A DNA stretch of 54,588 nt. Source: Gammaproteobacteria bacterium (GTDB lineage: Bacteria > Pseudomonadota > Gammaproteobacteria > SZUA-152). A program made the translations under genes and the position numbers. This document shows positions 38,272 through 46,193 of the stretch, one piece after another (the stretch's first letter is position 1; the number at the start of each line of letters is the position of its first letter). Where the stretch lies: assembly GCA_050116575.1 (NCBI GenBank), contig JASFOJ010000014.1, positions 1 to 54,588 of the forward strand, given 5' to 3'. Below the pieces are notes generated by a model. It made no database searches and was not told the DNA's origin. It worked only from the letters and a program-made list of their open reading frames with translations.

Positions 38272-38366
38272 TGGTTGTCCCGGCAGGACTTGAACCTACA
38301 ACTCGCGCTAATCTGGCGCTTTCCCAAGGTATAAGCTTGGCGTTTTACCAATTAAACTACGGGACA
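38272..38366 (-). tRNA. Class II tRNA with anticodon UAU (Ile AUA codon)
   Basis: Acceptor TGTCCCG/CGGGACA, D-arm GTTT-AATTGGTA-AAAC, anticodon arm CCAAG-CTTATAC-CTTGG, ~24-nt variable arm with GCGC stem. Confidence 0.55.
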
Positions 38367-38385
38367 CCTAATCATGTGCAGCCTC

Positions 38386-38559
38386 TTATGCCAGTTCTCT
38401 GGCCAACGCAAACGCTGCATCAAAGTTTCGATGTATTCGGTTCTGTATTGCGCCGTTACGTAAAAACCATCGCACGTTAGGCTGGCTGAAGGATTTCCTA
38501 GCCGCCGGCAGATTCATGGTTTTAATGAGGCGCTCATAGCGTTGCGCTTTCGTGTACAT
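38386..38559 (-). CDS. Candidate 57-aa ORF (MYTKAQRYERLIKTMNLPAARKSF...) with strong SD GGAGGTGA
   Basis: RBS and ATG at the edge of the tRNA array; no homology recognised. Confidence 0.3.
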   Translation of the reverse strand: MYTKAQRYERLIKTMNLPAARKSFSQPNVRWFLRNGAIQNRIHRNFDAAFALARELA

Positions 38560-38606
38560 AACACTCACCTCCTTTTCAATACGACCTGTTCCACATCAGC
38601 AAAAAT

Positions 38607-38755
38607 TGGTGCGGGCAGACAGAGTCGACAATTCTGACAGGATCAGAAATGGTCGCACTTTAGCGCGCCCGATAGGGTGCGGGCCATGGATGGCCCGCAA
38701 CAACTGTCATCTTCTGCTTGGAAAGCAGGTGTTCTACCATTGGACTATGCGCGCA
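38607..38755 (-). ncRNA. Elongated tRNA-Gly(UCC)-like gene carrying module copy D
   Basis: 5' TGCGCGC-ATA-GTCC-AATGGTA-GAAC-A-CCTGC-TTTCCAA-GCAGA, then the module, then TTGTCGACTCTGTC-TGCCCGC-A-CCA. Confidence 0.5.
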
Positions 38756-39278
38756 CATCAGGATGTCATGTTGCCTGTCCGATCTATCACCTTAGACAGG
38801 CAACACATCACCTAGTCATCACCATAAGTGATGACAAAAATGGTACTTCCCAACTTGTTAAAGAACATCGCTAAGTCAGCTTGTGCTTAACGGGGGCACA
38901 AAAAAAGCCCCGGCATTTATCGCGTTTGCGATACCTACCGAGGCTTTATGGTTCTTTCCTGCGGAAGGTGTCGCTTGTGGCCTCACCTTCCGCGCGCGAT
39001 TTCGCGAAAAGTTACCTCATACCGGCCTCATCATTACTGAGCTGATCATGCTTAAACTGTACGGGCACAATCCCCGTGGTTTGCTTACCCCACAAACACA
39101 CAGCATCACTTTTTGACGGGCATATATACCCCATGGTCAGTCGCCGATAACGGCTGACCGATGTCTGAGTGTGTTGTATGGATAATGGTTTCATGTCGCT
39201 ACGCTCGTTTATGTCTATCTGCTAATTTACTTTTGTTAGATTTTATCTCGTAACCTTTTTCTCAATTCATTCATGCAA

Positions 39279-39321
39279 TAAAAAAAACCCTGGCGGCTAT
39301 CTGTGCCGGCCAGGGTTTGTT
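39279..39321. terminator. Bidirectional Rho-independent terminator (A-run, CCCTGGCGG…CCGGCCAGGG hairpin, T-run)
   Basis: aaaaaaaaCCCTGGCGGctatctgtgCCGGCCAGGGtttgtt, seen directly; lies downstream of minus gene 39391-39684. Confidence 0.6.
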
Positions 39322-39390
39322 AGATCCTTTTAGCTGTTGTCCTGTACCCTGGCCGGCTCTTACAAACCTTCCAGAGTGTTGGAAGATTTG

Positions 39391-39684
39391 TCAGGTTCTC
39401 TGTTCCGCTTGTAAATTCAGTGTCTTGCTATAACCTTCTATTCGATATTCGCTGGACCAATCATCATTATGCTCAATGGCTATCACGGCGTGAATGCCGC
39501 CATCATACCCGCTACGGGCCCTTCCAAGGCTCGTGGCGATACGGTTCGGGTGACTAAATCCAATCGTTGCGTTGTTCATTTGCATGGCGGTAAGTATAAT
39601 TATTGAGAACAAGATTTCAAGTATAATTTTCAAGTTTCTTGTAATTAATTTCAAAGGCATTTTTTTTTCACGGACAACGCGCAA
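39391..39684 (-). CDS. Small secreted hypothetical protein
   Basis: The N-terminal hydrophobic signal-like segment (MPLKLITRNLKIILEILFSIIILTAMQ) argues for an exported protein; the terminator lies downstream. Confidence 0.4.
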   Translation of the reverse strand: MRVVREKKMPLKLITRNLKIILEILFSIIILTAMQMNNATIGFSHPNRIATSLGRARSGYDGGIHAVIAIEHNDDWSSEYRIEGYSKTLNLQAEQRT

Positions 39685-39690
39685 AAAATT

Positions 39691-40284
39691 ATGAAAACGC
39701 CCGACAAAAACCCCACCGCGTTAAAGATCGGCAACCGTATCAAACAAGCACGGAAAATGGCGGGCTTTGAGACAGCCGCGCAACTCAATAAACACCTAAC
39801 CGATTGGTCTGCCTCGCGATTAGGCAACTATGAAGCGGGTATATCGACCCCCTCGCCCGATGATATCGACCGCATCGCGCAATTGACCGATGCCTCACCT
39901 TGCTGGATTACCTTTGGTATCGGACCGATTCGCGCCTCCATGCGCGATGTCCAGGCAATCCGTCATCAAAACCTGGTATATCTTGTCGACCAGGCGAAAA
40001 AATCCAAGAAAATGAAGCCCCTGATCACCACACTCGGAATATCCCAAAAGAAACTGGACGAACACCTCGACAATCCTTTCATGAATATCACAGACCGGAT
40101 CGCCAGACGATGCGAGAAATTCCTGAAAAAATCGCATGGCTGGATGGATGAACAACACGTGGAATCCGACCCTGTGTGTGCGGCTTTCCCAGAGGACATG
40201 CGAGAAGTCATGGAGATTTATTCCAACCTCGAACCTGAAGAGAGGGACAGGTTTCTACGGATAGCCAGGGCATTTACTGAATAG
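39691..40284 (+). CDS. XRE-family helix-turn-helix transcriptional regulator with unknown C-terminal domain
   Basis: N-terminal IGNRIKQARKMAGFETAAQLNKHL...SRLGNYEAG Cro/C1-type HTH. Confidence 0.7.
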   Translation: MKTPDKNPTALKIGNRIKQARKMAGFETAAQLNKHLTDWSASRLGNYEAGISTPSPDDIDRIAQLTDASPCWITFGIGPIRASMRDVQAIRHQNLVYLVDQAKKSKKMKPLITTLGISQKKLDEHLDNPFMNITDRIARRCEKFLKKSHGWMDEQHVESDPVCAAFPEDMREVMEIYSNLEPEERDRFLRIARAFTE

Positions 40285-40419
40285 CCACGAAAACGCGATA
40301 TTCACGAGCAACGTATTTTCAACATTGCCACCGACCAAATGTCTGCGGGTCAATGAGGGGTCAAGTTGTATTTTACTAGCTAATCTGGCTTTGAATGATA
40401 ATAAGTACAGACTTGCCCG

Positions 40420-40492
40420 TTTTATGCTTTTATTCGCCTTTAATTTTGGAGTTCATTTTACAATCAAGTATTTATATGGGTCCGAGCAGTGT
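40420..40492. repeat. Dispersed intergenic repeat, partial copy R4
   Basis: ttttatgcttttattcgcctttaattttggagttcattttacaatcaagtatttatatgggtccgagc matches the 3' half of R1-R3. Confidence 0.45.
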
Positions 40493-40612
40493 GCTGACAA
40501 AAATATGACATTACTCATTTAATATGCTAATTAACTGTTTGCGACCAACCCGCCTACATGTCGGTTTCCAATTAGGTTGTACTTCTGCACGGTTACGCTA
40601 TGCTTTACCAGA

Positions 40613-40740
40613 TAATTGGGCAAGTAGCTCAGCGGTAGAGCACCGGGCTTATTTACTCTTCGCTTCTCGCACCAAGAGTTCCTAATTGATCTAACCCGGA
40701 GGTCGCAGGTTCGACTCCTGCCTTCCCTGCCCGTTTTTCG
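40613..40740 (+). ncRNA. tRNA-like gene interrupted by ~46-nt insertion in the anticodon loop; no encoded CCA
   Basis: GGGCAAG-TA-GCTC-AGCGGTA-GAGC-A-CCGGG-CTT[insert with ACTCTT/AAGAGT hairpin]CTAA-CCCGG-AGGTC-GCAGG-TTCGACT-CCTGC-CTTCCCT; the 3' end is followed by a GCCCG-TTTTT-CGGGGC hairpin. Confidence 0.45.
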
Positions 40741-40817
40741 GGGCACACGCGGTTCCTGTTTGCAATTATCCTTGTTTTACCGCCCGCCCCACCTATTCAA
40801 GCCGTATCGTCAATATC

Positions 40818-42683
40818 ATGCACAGAGCCACATTACGTTTATTTATCGCAGTAGCTGTTAAAGAGAAACGCCACCAGCCAATCGATCACGATATTTATGT
40901 ACGTACCCTTAAACAGGGATACGTCATCGAACCGACCTTCCAACCGTCTACATCATTGCTGCAAGATATCGAAGCTGTAGTGGGTCTGTCTGGCGAAAAA
41001 GCCAATGCTGCCTTCCATAAATCATGGAGAACCATCGAAGAATCGCCGCTTGAGACCCTGGTGATGCAACAATTGGTACACTACTTTACGACATACGGAT
41101 TTGAACAGCTTGATATATACCAAGAAGAGACGGTATACATCCCATCGGAAGCACTGGAACTACCTGATATTCGAGACTCCATCGCCCTAACGATTGTTAG
41201 AGCAATGACGCCGAAAGAACTCATAGAGGCTATTATAAAATTAGGCTCCGGCATCGCCCTTGCCGCCGAGACAATCGACGACATCATGACCATCGTGAAA
41301 GCGAGCGCCTTCGATAGCACCTTTGTAGATAAAATCCACAACCGCGAATTGAAAGCAGAATTGTATGAACATTATAATTTGGTGCCCACCGAACCGGTTG
41401 CCTTTTTACGTTATGTGGTCACTAAACTAACGGGCCAATCCTTATTGATTAAGAATGACGACCTCATCGAGAAAATTAAGAGTGCCGACGGTCGGCAACT
41501 GGACCTATTGTTGGACGCGGCTCCGAGTAACTTGGGGAGTATATTCTATCGGTTCAAGCTGCTGTTTCTCGCGCTGAAAACCATCTCCGTGAAAAAGCAT
41601 TTTTTTAATCAGTTGCGTAAAAAGGCGATCAAGCAACACATACCACTGCCGGCAGACTATCTCAATGACATAACTGCTCAAATCAAACACGGAAATCTGG
41701 ATCTCGACCTTCTTTCGAAAAGGCTGGCAAACGCCGGTCCATTTCGCAAGATTCGGCTGGCGTATGCACTCAAATACCGCTTGCACGCGGACGACGCTAT
41801 TGTCTATCGCGTTCGTAATGGACGCGGATGGGCGACCGAATTTCCCTGGCCGGAAAACGCACAATCCACAACCCACCAGGCCCTCGATCTGGTCGAATCA
41901 GCCATTATTGGCGATCTCCGACGACAAGTAGAAGGGAAATCACTATATATACCCGCTCATGTACATTACACCCTGCCCGCCACTGAAAAACAATTTACCG
42001 GGTTCCTACCGTCCGGGAGTTATGTGACGGTGCCAGGCGACTTAATTGTTGGTGTGCACTGGATGAATACACAGAAACCCGTGGATTTGGATTTATCTGT
42101 CATTGGAGCATCTGGCAAGTATGGTTGGGACGCATCATATCGATCAGAAAAGAAAGATGTTTTGTTCTCCGGCGACATGACCGATGCTCCCAAACCGCAC
42201 GGCGCAACCGAGCTGTTTTATCTGAAACAATGCCAAGACGAGCCCCGTATATTAATGGTGAATTATTTTAACTATCACGCCGGTGATGAAGTGGAAACCA
42301 AATTGCTGGTCGCTCACGAAAAACCGTCAAGATTCGGCCAAAATTACATGGTGGATATCAATAATATCGTCGCCTCAGCTATGATCAATATTTCGAAAAA
42401 GCAAAACATACTAGGCCTCATTGCGAATGTTAATGGAGAAAATCGCGTGTATTTTGCCAATATCAGTGTCGGCAATGCCGTTAGCGCTTCCAATAATGTA
42501 CATTCCAGGCAATCGAGGAAGTACCTGGTCAATCGAATGGTCCACTCGCTGGATTTTAATACGCTCCTGACCAAGGCAGGTGCCGTCGTGAGAACCAAAA
42601 AAGAAGGGGATGAAGATATCGGTTTGTCGCCGGAACAATTAACAAAAACATCTTTCATTGAATTACTCCAGCCAGCGGGTTAA
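40818..42683 (+). CDS. Hypothetical 621-aa protein (no recognisable domain)
   Basis: A long clean ORF downstream of the interrupted tRNA-like gene; flanked by repeats R4 and R3/R6. Confidence 0.6.
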   Translation: MHRATLRLFIAVAVKEKRHQPIDHDIYVRTLKQGYVIEPTFQPSTSLLQDIEAVVGLSGEKANAAFHKSWRTIEESPLETLVMQQLVHYFTTYGFEQLDIYQEETVYIPSEALELPDIRDSIALTIVRAMTPKELIEAIIKLGSGIALAAETIDDIMTIVKASAFDSTFVDKIHNRELKAELYEHYNLVPTEPVAFLRYVVTKLTGQSLLIKNDDLIEKIKSADGRQLDLLLDAAPSNLGSIFYRFKLLFLALKTISVKKHFFNQLRKKAIKQHIPLPADYLNDITAQIKHGNLDLDLLSKRLANAGPFRKIRLAYALKYRLHADDAIVYRVRNGRGWATEFPWPENAQSTTHQALDLVESAIIGDLRRQVEGKSLYIPAHVHYTLPATEKQFTGFLPSGSYVTVPGDLIVGVHWMNTQKPVDLDLSVIGASGKYGWDASYRSEKKDVLFSGDMTDAPKPHGATELFYLKQCQDEPRILMVNYFNYHAGDEVETKLLVAHEKPSRFGQNYMVDINNIVASAMINISKKQNILGLIANVNGENRVYFANISVGNAVSASNNVHSRQSRKYLVNRMVHSLDFNTLLTKAGAVVRTKKEGDEDIGLSPEQLTKTSFIELLQPAG

Positions 42684-42789
42684 CACGGTATTACCCACCA
42701 GCGGTATAGCTGTCAATACGGAGTCCTTTTTGTCGAGCGTTGATCATAAATATTAGTCTGAAATCCTTTCTTAAACAGCGCAACGTGTT

Positions 42790-42900
42790 CCTTAAACGCA
42801 TCTTTTTCATACCAAAATGGGCTATTTAAGGACCAAATTTGCCTTTAATTTTGGTGGTTTATTTTTATAATTAATAACTTACACGGGTCCGAGCCCACGA
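42790..42900. repeat. Dispersed ~120-bp intergenic repeat, copy R3 (with partial tandem duplication of the cttaaac segment)
   Basis: ccttaaacgcatctttttcataccaaaatgggctatttaaggaccaaatttgcctttaattttggtggtttatttttataattaataacttacacgggtccgagcccacga. Confidence 0.6.
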
Positions 42901-42930
42901 TTCCTGCCAGATGAAAAACGCTCTATTACT

Positions 42931-42990
42931 AGCTTAGAAAAGCTCTATTTGTCAGCTTTTACTATTTTCTTAACGCAGGCTGAAGTGGAT
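42931..42990. repeat. Second repeat family, copy R6
   Basis: agcttagaaaagctctatttgtcagcttttactattttcttaacgcaggctgaagtgga aligns with 24309-24370. Confidence 0.45.
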
Positions 42991-43128
42991 TAAAAGAGGG
43001 AATCAGGGTCAGGATCAAACTTGGTCTGGCAGATCGCGCTGGTGCGAGATTGCGCCACCACTACGAATAAGTTTCTTTAGTAAAGTTTGACGTATTGTTC
43101 AATTGGTCAAGTGATTGCTTAAGGACAA

Positions 43129-44121
43129 CTATTGCATTGGTTTTTGTTTCGCATTCATATATTCAATTTGATCATACAGCCCCATGATTGCCGCATGTGA
43201 GACCAGCACCAACTCCTTGGTCCAAACCTCCGTCTCCAACTGGCTACCAAGGTGTTTGAATTGAGCAAGTTCCTGTGAAATATCTCTCTCGGTTTTGAGG
43301 GGAACAAATCCATCATCCAGATAGAACAATTCAGAGTAGTCTTTATGCATATCCTGAGGCGAGATCTTACCTTCCTTCATATGCAAGCGATAAGATGCCT
43401 CTGACCGCCAAATAATCCCATTTTTATCTTTCAGTGTTGCTGCTGCAGAGAATTCCCATTGATGATCCATTTGATATTCCAACTCGCCGCCGTTGCGTTG
43501 AAATTGAAACAGCACCAACTCAAGGTCAGTATTCTCAGGTGCCGATTCTCCTATTGCACCGCCGGTATTTCGCATATAATTTGCAACCGTTTCCCCTGTT
43601 TCAACCGCCCATTTTTCGACCAGAAAATTTGCCGCGGCTCCTACTGCATTGAGTGTGGCAAATGCGAGTTGCGTGCCTGCCATTGCGCGTTCAAAAGCGA
43701 TTTCCTGCTGCGCCGCGCCGTATGACATCTGGGTATACATACCTGCCTCACCGCTGTTGCCCTGTCGGCGCGCATAATCCGCACGCTGTTTATAGACTTC
43801 GCTCATCTTGGCGCCCGAACTTACTGGTTGAGCATGATAATTTGCCAATGAGTTAAACTGCGCCTTTGACTTTACGAGATTACCATCAGCCACCAACCTG
43901 ACGGTTTTCTTCCCGCCATCTAGTTGAGCACCAGAGTAAAATTGGTAGGTCAACTTGCGTGCAATTGGGTACGGTACTTTTTCCGGCAATCTCAGCAAGA
44001 TAGGCTCAAAACTTTTGTCAATAAACTGTGTGTAAGTTGAACAAGCCGTTAGTAAACTAAAACCAATAGCGACCACGGCCAGGCGCATTAATTGGTTCAA
44101 TTTCTCCTCAGTGTTCATCAT
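43129..44121 (-). CDS. Putative lipoprotein (hypothetical)
   Basis: Signal peptide with lipobox LTAC; no recognised domain. Confidence 0.6.
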   Translation of the reverse strand: MMNTEEKLNQLMRLAVVAIGFSLLTACSTYTQFIDKSFEPILLRLPEKVPYPIARKLTYQFYSGAQLDGGKKTVRLVADGNLVKSKAQFNSLANYHAQPVSSGAKMSEVYKQRADYARRQGNSGEAGMYTQMSYGAAQQEIAFERAMAGTQLAFATLNAVGAAANFLVEKWAVETGETVANYMRNTGGAIGESAPENTDLELVLFQFQRNGGELEYQMDHQWEFSAAATLKDKNGIIWRSEASYRLHMKEGKISPQDMHKDYSELFYLDDGFVPLKTERDISQELAQFKHLGSQLETEVWTKELVLVSHAAIMGLYDQIEYMNAKQKPMQ

Positions 44122-44231
44122 TTTAGTTTGCTACCCGGCCGGTTCGCCATTTGCCTGTCACGGCAAAACTGGAATTATTTCTATGTTGGCGTTGTCATCC
44201 ATCGCTCGAATCATTGGTTCGCTTCTGCCCA

Positions 44232-46193
44232 CTAACGGCAGATCCCCAGACTACAGAACATCGTCTCCAACGACTGCCCGTCGTCACCGCCGTTGCCCGC
44301 CGCTTCTGACGTGCCGCCGGCGCCGGCGTCGCCGATGGTAAACGTATTGGTGTCGATGTTGGCCGTATCCACCTGGCGAACAATGCCCGTGTTCCAGCCA
44401 CCTTCACCGGCCTTGCCATTGCGACTGTCGCCACCCGCGCCGCCATTGCCGGTCGCGATGGTGTTGTTTTCAATGGTGCCGGCAGACAACGCGCCCAACT
44501 GAACGATACCGTAGGAAGGACCGCCACCGCCACCGGAGCCATCACCACCGGCGGTGCTGTTACCACCGCGACCGCCGTTGCCGCCGCTTATCGCCGGCGC
44601 CTTAACGCCGGCTCCTATGCCGCCGATACCTCCCAGGGCAGCCGTACCGCCGTTGCCACCGTGCCCGGCATTACCGCCGTCGCCGCTGGTTAGGGTGTTG
44701 CCGATGATCTTCAATAAGTTACTTTCTTCGGTTTCGACGTAGATAGCCACGGAGGCCCCACCGCCATAGCCGCCGGTTCCGCCCCTGCCAGCACTGGCTG
44801 CGGCACCACCACCTCCGCCACCGCCACCGAAACTACAGGGAGAGAGACTTCCATTTCCACCACCACCGCCGCTGCCAGGGACACCCGGCTGACCATCGCC
44901 ACCGGGGACCCCCGACACGGGCGCAACCGAGATGCCGCTGCCGCCTTGGTCGGCATGTGCACCGGGTTCGGTGCCATCCACCCCATCTGCACCGTTGCCC
45001 CCATCGCCGGCCGAGCCGCCGCCGGCACCACCCGTTGGGTCTTCGCCGGGTTGCGCTGGAAGATCCACCGAAAAGATACAAGCGTTAGCCAGGTCGATAA
45101 CCGTTTGCCCGTCTCCCCCGGCGCCACCATTGAGGCTCGAGTCCACCAGATTTTCGCCCCCGGCACCCAGTTGAGCCGAGTTGCCCGGGTTGCCATTCCC
45201 TCCGCCAACACCGCTGGCACCATCGTTGCCGTCCGGCCCGTCACCGCCGCGGGCGGCAGTAATCACGTTGTCAATAACCGCCAAGTTAACGATGTCGTAG
45301 CTCTTGATGCCGAAGCTACCGCCGGCACCGCCAAAAGGCGCTTTGTTCGTAGCCAGGTTTGTACCCACATCGCCGGCGGTAAGAATGTTGTCCCGAATCA
45401 CCAGGCGACCTACGCCACCGATATTCTCCAGGTCGAGGACCAATACAGTTTCATCCATATTGCCACTGCCCTGGGCAAGGATGTCAAAACCAGACAGCCA
45501 CATATCATCGTTATATACATTCACACGCGCTGCCAAAGCAAAACCCGAAATAGCTGTTTTATGGGCGTCCACATCGCGAATCCAGTTATCACTAAAGCCA
45601 CCATAGAAGCTGGTGCCAGGTGGGATTTCCAACGCGCCAATCGTTTCGTCGTATCGGGCGTCATTGGCCAGCGATTTGACGTAAACGTCTTGGCCAACCA
45701 ATGCTGTATCCACGGCTCTACGTATGGACGCATAGGGATTATCCTTGCTGCCAACACCGTTCTCGTCACTGCCGCTGTCGCCGTCCACAAACAACGCATT
45801 GGCGGGGTCTTCCATAACGTTGATCTGTACCGGGTCCGGCGCGCTATCCAGGCCATCGTTGACCACCAACTCAAAAATCACAGTACTGACTTCCGCGGGA
45901 GCGGTAAAACTGGGCGCGTCTCCCGTTAGTACTCCGGCGCCACCTGTCACATCGGGACCATACACCTGTGTCCAGGTGTAACTGAGTTGCGCACCTTCCG
46001 GGTCACTGCTACCACTGCCATCGAGCGTGATCATGGCATTACGCGTCACATCCTGATCCAGCCCGGCATCGGCTGTCGCATTACTCACCGGCTTGCCTGG
46101 ATTACCACCGCCACCGCCACCACTGCTGCAGGCAACCAGCATCCCGACAACAGCCAACGTACTTACCATTCCTCTCAACCACTTTGTGCTCAT
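44232..46193 (-). CDS. Lipoprotein with PKD/Ig-like domain, right-handed beta-helix region and Gly-rich C-terminal repeats
   Basis: Lipobox LVAC followed by a G-linker; LSYTWTQVYGP PKD-like motif; a long Gly-rich low-complexity C-terminus. Confidence 0.6.
   Translation of the reverse strand: MSTKWLRGMVSTLAVVGMLVACSSGGGGGGNPGKPVSNATADAGLDQDVTRNAMITLDGSGSSDPEGAQLSYTWTQVYGPDVTGGAGVLTGDAPSFTAPAEVSTVIFELVVNDGLDSAPDPVQINVMEDPANALFVDGDSGSDENGVGSKDNPYASIRRAVDTALVGQDVYVKSLANDARYDETIGALEIPPGTSFYGGFSDNWIRDVDAHKTAISGFALAARVNVYNDDMWLSGFDILAQGSGNMDETVLVLDLENIGGVGRLVIRDNILTAGDVGTNLATNKAPFGGAGGSFGIKSYDIVNLAVIDNVITAARGGDGPDGNDGASGVGGGNGNPGNSAQLGAGGENLVDSSLNGGAGGDGQTVIDLANACIFSVDLPAQPGEDPTGGAGGGSAGDGGNGADGVDGTEPGAHADQGGSGISVAPVSGVPGGDGQPGVPGSGGGGGNGSLSPCSFGGGGGGGGAAASAGRGGTGGYGGGASVAIYVETEESNLLKIIGNTLTSGDGGNAGHGGNGGTAALGGIGGIGAGVKAPAISGGNGGRGGNSTAGGDGSGGGGGPSYGIVQLGALSAGTIENNTIATGNGGAGGDSRNGKAGEGGWNTGIVRQVDTANIDTNTFTIGDAGAGGTSEAAGNGGDDGQSLETMFCSLGICR

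Noticed and set aside
35719-38755. Group I introns in the tRNA genes
   Set aside because: The inserts are ~80 nt, far below group I size. They sit at the T-loop or D-loop rather than the anticodon loop, and P1–P9 core elements are not evident.
33925-38760. CRISPR array (regular spacing of similar short sequences)
   Set aside because: The periodic elements are tRNA genes with T-arm similarity. There are no identical direct repeats with unique spacers and no cas genes.
38840-38870. GGGGC-acaaaaaaa-GCCCC hairpin as an intrinsic terminator
   Set aside because: The A/T run is inside the loop and no U-tract follows the stem on either strand.
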